This document shows, piece by piece, positions 37,991 to 47,288 of a DNA stretch of 64,000 nt; within the stretch, counting starts at the first letter, position 1, and every line of letters starts with the position of its first letter. Source of the stretch: a candidate division WOR-3 bacterium (lineage in GTDB: Bacteria; Hydrothermota; 32-111). A program made the position numbers and the translations under genes. The stretch covers positions 896,001 through 960,000 of the forward strand of contig JBDRZU010000001.1 of assembly GCA_039804105.1 (NCBI GenBank), read 5' to 3'. Below the pieces are notes generated by a model. The model worked only from the letters and a program-made list of their open reading frames with translations, searched no databases and was not told where the DNA came from.

Positions 37991-39851
37991 AGAATTTTCC
38001 TTTCATTTTTCTATTTTCAATTTCAAGTATATAGTAATAAAGTCCGGTTTTAAAGTTATTAATATCTATTTTTATGAAGTTTTCTGTCTTGATCCCTGAA
38101 TTTTCAAAAATTCTTTTCCCATCAACTGCAAACATTGTTACTCTATACATTCCCATAAACTCAGAGAATATGTTTATCTCGTCAACAGCAGGATTTGGAA
38201 AAACATAACTTTCAATCGTATCATTAACAAAAAACTCTAAAACCGTATCAATATCTGAAACGTTATTATATTCGTCAACTCCAGTTACAAACAAAATATT
38301 TTCTCCATAACCGATTTTATGAACGGTTCCAGCATTCGAATTAAGTATGGTTCTATAAAGATCTTTTATTTTATAAATTTTTAAATCGTCAAGATAAAGA
38401 TAAAAATCCTGTTCTAAATTCTTATTGAATTCGATTTTCAGAAGTCCTTTTTTGGTTATAAAGTAAAAAGGTTTCCAATCTACTAACTCTCCTTCAAATG
38501 ACTTTATTGGCTCTCCATTTAGATAGATAAAAAAAGATGAATCAGAAAATAACCCTTTATATTTAAAAGATATGATATTTTCTTCTTCAGATAAAAATAT
38601 TTCAAAAACAAAATTTCTGGTGAACAAAGAAAATGGCTTTGAATAGGGATACTGATCTGTTAAACAAAAATTCCCAGTAAAATTTTCAGGCAAAGAATCA
38701 AAGTTTTCTGTATATAAATCATAGGCATTTGAAAATTCAACATTGTAATTTTTTATAATAGAAAAATCGTATGATGGATCAAATGTTATTTTAAAATTGT
38801 TATTATTCATTTTTGCAAGTTCTATGTTATTTACAGGCAAAGGAGAAAAGGTATCGTTTATTCCATATGATAGAAATTCTTTTTTTATTATCTGAAAATC
38901 TTTATCGATACTTAAGTTTATGTAATCCTTATAAAGTTTATACAATGTTGAAAAATTCAATGGATAAAATAATTTTATTCCTTTAAATTTTTCATTTTTC
39001 GTCAAATTAATTATCACAGAATTTTTTAGGTTACATGAAACATCTGTTTCATCGATAATTGAAAAATTGTTTCTATCTGTGAATTTCAACTTGTCAATAT
39101 CTCTTACAATACTTTCAGTTTTAATCGTTGATACGGTTAAATCTTTATAGGATGTTGAATCATAATAATGTTCAAAATATTGTTCAGAGATAGTTATAGA
39201 GATATCTTCTAAATTATTTAAAGTATCTATGCTTTGAAGTATTTTATCATAAGGGAAACCATTATATGGAACTATACCTTCTGAACCAATAATGTAAGAA
39301 ACATAATCCTTGATCTCATAGACAACTTCTATCGATTGCATAAGACAGGCATCAAATATTAAAATATCTGTTTTTTTCTTTGTTTTTTTATATATATCCA
39401 AAAAAATATTTTTAAATTCACCATCAGTTATAGAAATAAAGTCAAACGGATGATTATCAAAAAATATCGATTTATCTTTTGAAGTAAAATTGTACCAACC
39501 ATTACCATGGTCCCATAAAACCATTATTCTTTTATCATAATCATACTTATAAAATGTTGAAAAAAAGTTTGAAATATTATGAAAATCACCTGAATTCACA
39601 TTATCAAAAACTTTAAGGGTCTCACTTCTTCCATCATATATTTTGAAGATAAAGGAATAGAAAGGTGAATCGAGAAAAATTATTATATCAGTATTTTTTA
39701 TTTTTTTTGAACTTTCAATCAATTGATTGTAATTTTTTAGAAAACCATTATAAAGATTGTTATCAGCACAAAAATATCCTATAAAAAGTATCTTAGATAT
39801 AAGAAAATGAGGTAAGAAAAAAAATATTAAAAAAAATGGTAACTTTTTCAT
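37977..39851 (-). CDS. clostripain-family (C11) cysteine peptidase with T9SS CTD
   Basis: Motifs YFCADNNL, LWDHGNGW, FDACLM; CTD YVFPNPA...TGLYYY...KFFVER. Confidence 0.85.
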   Translation of the reverse strand: MKKLPFFLIFFFLPHFLISKILFIGYFCADNNLYNGFLKNYNQLIESSKKIKNTDIIIFLDSPFYSFIFKIYDGRSETLKVFDNVNSGDFHNISNFFSTFYKYDYDKRIMVLWDHGNGWYNFTSKDKSIFFDNHPFDFISITDGEFKNIFLDIYKKTKKKTDILIFDACLMQSIEVVYEIKDYVSYIIGSEGIVPYNGFPYDKILQSIDTLNNLEDISITISEQYFEHYYDSTSYKDLTVSTIKTESIVRDIDKLKFTDRNNFSIIDETDVSCNLKNSVIINLTKNEKFKGIKLFYPLNFSTLYKLYKDYINLSIDKDFQIIKKEFLSYGINDTFSPLPVNNIELAKMNNNNFKITFDPSYDFSIIKNYNVEFSNAYDLYTENFDSLPENFTGNFCLTDQYPYSKPFSLFTRNFVFEIFLSEEENIISFKYKGLFSDSSFFIYLNGEPIKSFEGELVDWKPFYFITKKGLLKIEFNKNLEQDFYLYLDDLKIYKIKDLYRTILNSNAGTVHKIGYGENILFVTGVDEYNNVSDIDTVLEFFVNDTIESYVFPNPAVDEINIFSEFMGMYRVTMFAVDGKRIFENSGIKTENFIKIDINNFKTGLYYYILEIENRKMKGKFFVER

Positions 39852-39880
39852 AAAAAAGGTGGGGTTTAAAAACCCCACCT
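39852..39880 (-). terminator. intrinsic terminator after the porV-like gene
   Basis: AGGTGGGGTT-ttta-AACCCCACCT followed by a T run. Confidence 0.75.
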
Positions 39881-39887
39881 GATTTTA

Positions 39888-40940
39888 TTAGAAATTCAGA
39901 GTTAATGTAACTCTATGACCATTAATATAATTGTCTGAAAGAAGTCCCATTTCTGTATAGGAATAATCTATTCCAAGATCTATTCCAGAGAATCCATATT
40001 TGAAACCGATACCTGCTGTAAGGTTTTCAATCTTTTCATTCTGTGTAAGATCATCCATATTATCAAGAACATATTTGAATTTTTCCCAGTTGAATATATA
40101 TCCCAACCTTACAAAGAGTATTTTTGAAAGGTTGTATTCCATTCCGAATCTTATGTTCTCGGTTCCATCGTTTGGATTCTGAAATTCAAGAGTTGTTGTG
40201 AGGAAATTCGTTGGACCTTCAAGAATATCATACGCAAGACCAAAGTTGAAATTCATTGGAAGTGTGTATGTATCAGTTTTGTAGTAGATATTAAGTGGTG
40301 TTTGACCATCAGTCCATTTTGAGTATTTATCTGTTAATATTGTTCCACCTGTAAACATTCCCTCAGATCCAAAATTTCTGATAGACATTCCTATTCTCAA
40401 TGATTTGAAACCTGTTTTATAGAGTGCTCCAGCGTCAAATGCTATCATTGTTGATGTTGCATCTACAATCTTTTCCTGTATATATTTTAATGTTACACCA
40501 GAAGTAAGCTTATCTGTAAAAGATTTTGCATAGGATGCTCCAACAACATAACTTGATGCTGAGAAATATTCTCCTGTTCCTTCTGGTTTATCAACTGTTG
40601 TTATCTCCATTTGAGGCATTGTCATTATTCCTGCCTGTAAACCTAAAGCACCCATTATTCCCATTGGAGCAGCAAAAGCAACATATGAATAACTTATTTC
40701 CGCTGGATATTTAACATAATTAAGAAGCAGCCCCATCTTGTTCATCGTTGCAATTCCTGCTGGGTTGTAATAGAGTGCTGATGGATCATCAGCAACAGAA
40801 ACAAATGCACCACCCATCGCAGTTGCTTTCGAGCCAACCAATATTTTCAAAAACTGAGCACCTGTGGTTCCTTCATTGAAAGAATAGGCAAAATTTGCTA
40901 AAAGTGAAATCGATATGATTATTAATAATAATTTTTTCAT
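39888..40940 (-). CDS. PorV/PorQ-family outer-membrane beta-barrel
   Basis: N-terminus AQFLKI.VG.KA.AMGGAFVSVADDPSALYYNPAG; terminal LTLNF. Confidence 0.85.
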   Translation of the reverse strand: MKKLLLIIISISLLANFAYSFNEGTTGAQFLKILVGSKATAMGGAFVSVADDPSALYYNPAGIATMNKMGLLLNYVKYPAEISYSYVAFAAPMGIMGALGLQAGIMTMPQMEITTVDKPEGTGEYFSASSYVVGASYAKSFTDKLTSGVTLKYIQEKIVDATSTMIAFDAGALYKTGFKSLRIGMSIRNFGSEGMFTGGTILTDKYSKWTDGQTPLNIYYKTDTYTLPMNFNFGLAYDILEGPTNFLTTTLEFQNPNDGTENIRFGMEYNLSKILFVRLGYIFNWEKFKYVLDNMDDLTQNEKIENLTAGIGFKYGFSGIDLGIDYSYTEMGLLSDNYINGHRVTLTLNF

Positions 40941-40948
40941 TGTTCCTC

Positions 40949-43900
40949 CTACTTAATGATAGCAAATTTGCCAATTTTTGTTTCACCATTAGGTGTTTGA
41001 ACATGATAGATGTAAATTCCCGGTGCTGGTATCTGATCATTTTTCGTCAAAAGATCCCACTCAGCATATCCTTTTGTTAAGTCATATGCTGTCGTTGTCT
41101 GATTGTCTTTTGTTATTGTAATTTCTACATCATGATTGATAGTTTTTATCAATTCACCTGAAAGTGTGTAAATTCTGATTGTGCACTTATCAGGTAAATT
41201 TGTGAAAAGAATTCTTCTATAGTTATAGTCAAGATCAAGTTCACTTCTGACAACATATGGGTTTGGAACAACTTTAATTTTATCAAGGGTTGATTTTACA
41301 ACATCGGTGAATGTTGCTGGAGTAACTGTGAATTTGAACGAAGAATTTATTGGTGGATATGTTAAAACAAACGCTGTATCATTTGGAGTCACTCTTACAA
41401 TCCAGACATCACCATCTTTTGGTCTTGAACTCCAGACCATTGGTCTTAGCGGTAATGGCGAATTGTTAAATTTCAAAATAATGTTTGAGAAATAAAGACC
41501 TACTTTTACAGTATTGGGTGAACTTGATTTTAGATATTTTGGATTCTGAGATGGAAGGGCAGTTGATGAGATATTGAAATGCCAGTTATCACCTATAGTT
41601 CTACTATTGTACGGAATTTCAATGTTGTTATCAACATCAAAAATCGTTACAGTTAGGTTTGTGTCGTTTGGCAGGAAAGTATCTGTTCCAATAACAGTAA
41701 GTGTTGGATAAACTACTTCATGCCATGTTATGATATATTCTTTACTATTATGATAGAACTGCCTTCCTTTTGCGGCAAGTTCGGCTTTCATGATTGAACT
41801 ATCGTAAGTACCACTCTGGACACTAACTTTGAAGGTTGAATTACTTGTATTCATCCATCCAGTTGTATCAAGTGTGAAACTGTTTATTTTGAATAGGAAA
41901 CCAGAATATGGATTCCATTTTTCAGATGGAAGACCAATTATCTGTTCATTGTTAATCCAAAGAGTATCTAAATCCATCCTATCCTCTATCACTATATCAC
42001 CATTTTTATTTGTGATCGTATATGGATATGCAGGGGTATATATTGTATAAACTGAACTATCTGCAAGTCCAAAAGTCAAGGTAAAAGTATCATTTTTGAC
42101 TTTTTCGATCATTGTATCAAGTGCATGTATAATTTCCATTTTTATCAAAGATGTATCAATATTACCTGATATAAAATTGATCGAATAAGTACCTGGTGAA
42201 AGGTTTGAAGTTAAAGCTCTTGGAACTGCTGCTTTCGTTTTTCCAGCACCTTCAAGAACAAGTGGTATCGCACCGATTGTATCATTCGTTGGAGTAACAG
42301 CATACCCGTTAAAATTAACGTCATAAGCCCTTACTGTATAATAATACTGGATTCCATTTGTAAGGTTTGAATCAACAAAATAGTACGGAATTCCGGTATT
42401 TGAACCGACCGTGTCATAGTAGTATGTTGTTTCATATCTTGCTGCTGCTGCATTGTAATATATCAAAGAATCTTTTAAGACAATCGTATATTCATTGATT
42501 TTATCGAATTTACCAATAAGTTCCCATGTTCCACCTGCACCTGTTCTTGATCTGTAGACATTGTATCCCTCAACATCATATTCTCTATAAGCAGGGTTAT
42601 ATGTTGGAAGTGAAGGATCTGAAACAAGAGTGTAGTATTTGTCTGGAATCAATTCCTGAGCATTATCCCAGTATATAATTACCTTTTTATCCATTCCAAC
42701 AACATCAAAGTTAACCTGCCCAGGTGCAACCGGTCCAAGCCAACCCTGATCATAAATCTGTTGTGCTATAAGCATTTTGTTTAACATTTCAGCAGAGTTC
42801 TTCGAAATTATTATTCCAATTATAACTGTTGCAGTTGAATCATATTTGAGTGTGAATGGTCCTGATGCCATTGCAAATCTTTTATCACCTTTTGCTGTTG
42901 GATCCTCTGTCTTTCCAGGATAACCTGGAACACCCTGTCCCCATGTTGGAAATGGTCTATATGATGCTTCAGGATCATTCGGGTTATAAATTGTATGATC
43001 ATAACCAGCAAGAACGAGATATCTTTTAATATGATCAGAAGGATCAGTTTGTATTGTAAAATAGTTGAATGTTGTCATTCCAATTCTTTCCCCTGCTGGT
43101 ATAATGAAAGAACCATCATGATAAAGATCTATTGGTTCAGTTGCTCTTGGTGATTCAAGATATTTGTATGCAACGATTCCCGGGAAATGAGTCCACCCAG
43201 CCTCTGATTCGAGTTGGAACTGATATCCTACATTGATCTGCATCAAAGTATCATTAACACCAGCATAATCAACTGTCATTGTATCAATGAACCCCAAAAG
43301 ATCGTTTGCAGCAGTTCCTGCTTCGTTTCCTATATCGTTATCAGCACCGATACCAACATAACATTTCTTGATATCTTTGTGATCGCTTCTTTTGTTCTGT
43401 ATTTCATACTTTATGAAAATAATATCTTCTTTCAATGGCCCAACCCAGGCGTATGTTGTTTGTTTTACTTCGATTTCAAGAGGTTTTGAACTTGCAACAA
43501 GGCGATACGCTATATCCATATCGTTGAATTCAGTATAGGAATCCTGCATTGAAACAACTGAGTCAGCACCTGATGTTGTTTTCAAAGGCCATGGTTGTCC
43601 ATAGTTATCACTTGTTGAAATGTATACAATATCCCATGGGTTTGTATACGGTGTTGGTCTATCTGGTGATGCATCATTTATATCACCAGGGACAAATTCT
43701 GTTGATGCAGAGTTTGGATAATAACCACATGACATAGTTGTATCTGCTGTTCCATCATCATTTTCAATTATTCCACCAACCCACACTCCTGCACCAAACA
43801 CATATGTTTCCTGCGGAAAACCAGCAGGCCAATAAAGACCTGAGTTGTTTCCAGAATAAACATCCTGACCAAAAATTGCAAAGTTTGTAATCCATGTGTT

Positions 43901-44044
43901 TATCTGATTTATATCAAGCATCCTCTGATCAAATATTTTCCCAGAGGTCATCTTTGGATCTATATATGCAGGACGAGCAAAAATAGCTATTGAAAAAAGG
44001 AGTGTGAGGAGGATTAAAAATACAGTTTTGTTAATTTTATTCAT
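40949..44044 (-). CDS. large secreted protein with T9SS-like C-terminal domain
   Basis: Signal peptide; FN3-like segment (VIIYWD...GYNVYRS...YYYTVRAYD); CTD IKVVPNPY...FTNLP..CTIRIYTLSGELI...GIYIYHV...GKFAIIK. Confidence 0.8.
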   Translation of the reverse strand: MNKINKTVFLILLTLLFSIAIFARPAYIDPKMTSGKIFDQRMLDINQINTWITNFAIFGQDVYSGNNSGLYWPAGFPQETYVFGAGVWVGGIIENDDGTADTTMSCGYYPNSASTEFVPGDINDASPDRPTPYTNPWDIVYISTSDNYGQPWPLKTTSGADSVVSMQDSYTEFNDMDIAYRLVASSKPLEIEVKQTTYAWVGPLKEDIIFIKYEIQNKRSDHKDIKKCYVGIGADNDIGNEAGTAANDLLGFIDTMTVDYAGVNDTLMQINVGYQFQLESEAGWTHFPGIVAYKYLESPRATEPIDLYHDGSFIIPAGERIGMTTFNYFTIQTDPSDHIKRYLVLAGYDHTIYNPNDPEASYRPFPTWGQGVPGYPGKTEDPTAKGDKRFAMASGPFTLKYDSTATVIIGIIISKNSAEMLNKMLIAQQIYDQGWLGPVAPGQVNFDVVGMDKKVIIYWDNAQELIPDKYYTLVSDPSLPTYNPAYREYDVEGYNVYRSRTGAGGTWELIGKFDKINEYTIVLKDSLIYYNAAAARYETTYYYDTVGSNTGIPYYFVDSNLTNGIQYYYTVRAYDVNFNGYAVTPTNDTIGAIPLVLEGAGKTKAAVPRALTSNLSPGTYSINFISGNIDTSLIKMEIIHALDTMIEKVKNDTFTLTFGLADSSVYTIYTPAYPYTITNKNGDIVIEDRMDLDTLWINNEQIIGLPSEKWNPYSGFLFKINSFTLDTTGWMNTSNSTFKVSVQSGTYDSSIMKAELAAKGRQFYHNSKEYIITWHEVVYPTLTVIGTDTFLPNDTNLTVTIFDVDNNIEIPYNSRTIGDNWHFNISSTALPSQNPKYLKSSSPNTVKVGLYFSNIILKFNNSPLPLRPMVWSSRPKDGDVWIVRVTPNDTAFVLTYPPINSSFKFTVTPATFTDVVKSTLDKIKVVPNPYVVRSELDLDYNYRRILFTNLPDKCTIRIYTLSGELIKTINHDVEITITKDNQTTTAYDLTKGYAEWDLLTKNDQIPAPGIYIYHVQTPNGETKIGKFAIIK

Positions 44045-44059
44045 ATTTTTCCTCCATCC

Positions 44060-47000
44060 TTAGAATGAGAATTCAAGACCCAGAGTGATAACTCTTGGTG
44101 CAGACCAGTTCGTTGGGTCATTAAGATAATCTTTATAGTAAGCGATATAAGATTCATAAGCTTCATCTTGTGAAACTGTTCCATCTCTATTTATATCTCT
44201 TCTGACATCATATCCCGGCTGTCCAATCGTATATGCATTGAATATGTCTTTTTTAATAGAGGCAAGTGTTGCGTTTCTGTCTGGAAGACCTGTTGAAGCA
44301 TAAACATCAACAACATTTCTTATGTTGAACAGGTTTGTTACAGTAACATAGAAGTTTGGTTCGAATGTTCCAATTAAGAAACCTTTTCTGAATTTCAAAT
44401 CAGTGTTGAATGTCCATGGTTTTCTTTCACTATTTGTAACACCTGTTTTAACACCTTTTTCGTTAACAGGAGTATATGGTTGTCCAGAGTTGATCGAATT
44501 ATCTATCGAAAGTGTCCAATTATCAGCGTATATTGGCAATTCTTTTGCTGGCATTCTCAAAACAAAACCGATATTTATAGTATGTCTTTGATCAAATGAT
44601 AGATAATAAGGAATCTTTGGCATCTGAATGTCACCACCTGTTACAGGATCTCTTTCAGAATATGTTAGATAATATCCTTCCCATGCATCAGATGCTGTTC
44701 CTTTTGCAAATGAAAGTGTATAAGCGATATCTGTTGAGAAATATTTAGATGATTTTGAAAATGCAACTTCAAGACCTTTCACATTACCATATTCAACATT
44801 TTGCAAAGCATAATAAGGTGCTGGTAATGCATAGACCTTTCTTGAACCAATAAGTCCATATATATCTTTATAATAGGTTGTGACATCTAAAGCCATATCA
44901 GCACCGATTTGGGTTGCTATACCAAATTCGTAAGATATTGTTCTTTCTGCATCAAGGTTTGGTGAACCTATATTTGAGTTTCCTCTTTTTGAAAGATCAA
45001 CACCCATTCCAGAGAAGAGATAATCCATCTGTGGGGTCTGGAAGAAATGACCATAGTTGAAATGTAAAACTGAGACCTCTGAAATTGGATGTGATATACC
45101 CAATCTTGGTGAGAATTTATACTTTTTAGCAGCCATTCTTACTGGCCATGTTAAAGTATCCCAAACAGAATCAGGATATCCTGGATATGAATCAGGTTTT
45201 GTTATATTTGGATTTGGAGTTATAATTATTGTTGTATCACCTGTAATTGTGTCAATTATAGTATCCTGTTGATAGAGTGGGAAACTTCTATTGTTTGCAA
45301 CATAATAGAATGGAGTGTTTGCATCAAGATAATCGAATCTAAGACCTATGTTAACAACCATTCCTTCAAATTCCATCTTATCCTGTACATATGCTGCTGC
45401 CTGTTTTGGATAAACATGGTACTGATCTGAGAATGGATTTGGATCCCATGGAAGATATAGATCCCAGAGATATAATTCATATGCTTTAAACTCAACACCT
45501 GTTTTCATCTCATGGTATCTTCCAATCTGACTTGTCCAATCAGCTTTTACTGTTAGATAATTTGAATATCTAAAACTTGAACTACCATACCAGTTTGGAT
45601 AGATATACTGTGCATCGATCCACCATCCCCATGGAGAGTTGTTTTTCCATTTATCAACCATTCCTGGAACATAATGGAAGTTGTTTGTATCTATCACACC
45701 ATAAGGTTTCCAGAATTCATACCATTTTGGGATAACAACTTCTGGTGGATAAACTGTATCACCATTTTCATCAAAAAGTATCCCATCAAATTCTGGTCCA
45801 TAATGTGTTTGTGTATAGAAATAACTACCAGTTAATGTGACAAAATTTGCCTGGTTTATCATCCAGTTTGCAGTTCCATTGATCTGATATCCATCGGTGT
45901 TTCTTGTAATGAATCTTTCAAGGTTATACTTTAATGAATTGTTAAACTGTTGATAAGAAGAATGTGAATAGAAACCACCAAGATTTATTTTCAAGTTGTT
46001 GGTTGGTTTTACTGTGAACTTTGCCTGTGCATGGTATTCACTTCTTTTGTGGTGTGGGACAACAACACCTAAATTATCCCAGTATGTTGGACCATATCTG
46101 TTCCACATAACCGTGTCAAGCACAACCTTATTAAAATAGTATGTTATATTATTAACAGAGTCATAAACAGTATCAACACCATATTTAAAATATGGAACAG
46201 AGTCCTGTGTCCAGTTCGCTGTTGTATATGTTGTTTCAATATAAGCGTTACCTAAAGAATCATAAGCAATATTGTAATCTACAAAATCATAAGAGAAAGC
46301 GTAACCTGTTGAATCATTTTTATAGAAAAAGTTTGGTTTATCAACAAAAAGAGGTGACCAATCGTTTGTGACATAAATATCACCTGAAACAAAAAATCTC
46401 AAAAGATCTTTATAAATTGGACCACCAATTGAATATTCTAACCTATTATCACCATAGTTAAATGATTTTGGAAGGAATGAATTTCCTTCATATCTTATTG
46501 TTCCTTCATACTTTTTAGCACCTTCCCTTGTAACGATGTTCAAAATTCCTGACATCGCCTCACCATATTCAGCATTGAATCCACCAGAGATGAATTTCAC
46601 CTCTGATACAGCATTTTTATTGATTGTAGCACCAAGTCCCTTTGTAACTGGATCTATGATCGACATACCATCGACCATGTATCCAACCTCATCAGTTCTT
46701 CCACCTCTAACATGTAATTGTGTTCCAGAACCAACAACACCAGCGTTGTTTGCTACAGCAGCCATAATGTTGTTTGAGACTGACTCATCAAGAAGTTGCT
46801 GGTTCATCGTTCTTTCCTTTTGTGTAACATTCGTTTGTATCTTTGACTCTTTCGCTTCAACTATAACGGTATCATATTCGATAGCACCCATGACAAGTTC
46901 AAAGTTGACAGTTGTATTGATATCAGCGGAAACTGAGATATTTGTTTTTGTCTGGGTCTGATATGATATTATCTGAGCGGTAACGGAATAAACTCCAACT

Positions 47001-47212
47001 GGGACATTCAGAATAAAATAGTATCCATCAAGATCTGTAACAGCACCGATTCCAAGTTCTGGTATTATAATGTTAACACCAGGGATACCTTCTTTTGTCT
47101 GTTTGTCAATAACTCTTCCAGTTATTTTTCCTGTAACACCAGCAAAAACATTAACTGAGAAGAGAAGGACCAGAAGGAGAATAATTCCAAAAAGATAATT
47201 TTTCTTAAACAT
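44060..47212 (-). CDS. TonB-dependent receptor with N-terminal carboxypeptidase-regulatory-like domain
   Basis: GKITGRVID...TDLDGYYFILNVPVG; plug HVRGGRTDEVGYMVDG and SGGFNAEYG; FSPRLGISHP; terminal LGLEFSF. Confidence 0.92.
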   Translation of the reverse strand: MFKKNYLFGIILLLVLLFSVNVFAGVTGKITGRVIDKQTKEGIPGVNIIIPELGIGAVTDLDGYYFILNVPVGVYSVTAQIISYQTQTKTNISVSADINTTVNFELVMGAIEYDTVIVEAKESKIQTNVTQKERTMNQQLLDESVSNNIMAAVANNAGVVGSGTQLHVRGGRTDEVGYMVDGMSIIDPVTKGLGATINKNAVSEVKFISGGFNAEYGEAMSGILNIVTREGAKKYEGTIRYEGNSFLPKSFNYGDNRLEYSIGGPIYKDLLRFFVSGDIYVTNDWSPLFVDKPNFFYKNDSTGYAFSYDFVDYNIAYDSLGNAYIETTYTTANWTQDSVPYFKYGVDTVYDSVNNITYYFNKVVLDTVMWNRYGPTYWDNLGVVVPHHKRSEYHAQAKFTVKPTNNLKINLGGFYSHSSYQQFNNSLKYNLERFITRNTDGYQINGTANWMINQANFVTLTGSYFYTQTHYGPEFDGILFDENGDTVYPPEVVIPKWYEFWKPYGVIDTNNFHYVPGMVDKWKNNSPWGWWIDAQYIYPNWYGSSSFRYSNYLTVKADWTSQIGRYHEMKTGVEFKAYELYLWDLYLPWDPNPFSDQYHVYPKQAAAYVQDKMEFEGMVVNIGLRFDYLDANTPFYYVANNRSFPLYQQDTIIDTITGDTTIIITPNPNITKPDSYPGYPDSVWDTLTWPVRMAAKKYKFSPRLGISHPISEVSVLHFNYGHFFQTPQMDYLFSGMGVDLSKRGNSNIGSPNLDAERTISYEFGIATQIGADMALDVTTYYKDIYGLIGSRKVYALPAPYYALQNVEYGNVKGLEVAFSKSSKYFSTDIAYTLSFAKGTASDAWEGYYLTYSERDPVTGGDIQMPKIPYYLSFDQRHTINIGFVLRMPAKELPIYADNWTLSIDNSINSGQPYTPVNEKGVKTGVTNSERKPWTFNTDLKFRKGFLIGTFEPNFYVTVTNLFNIRNVVDVYASTGLPDRNATLASIKKDIFNAYTIGQPGYDVRRDINRDGTVSQDEAYESYIAYYKDYLNDPTNWSAPRVITLGLEFSF

Positions 47213-47242
47213 TATTACTCTCCTTTTTAAATCTTAAATTGT

Positions 47243-47273
47243 AAAAAAAAGGGGAAACAAAGTTTCCCCTTTT
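47243..47273 (-). terminator. intrinsic terminator after the 631-aa gene
   Basis: AAAAGGGGAAAC-ttt-GTTTCCCCTTTTTTTT on the minus strand. Confidence 0.8.
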
Positions 47274-47288
47274 GAATAATTGAAAAAC

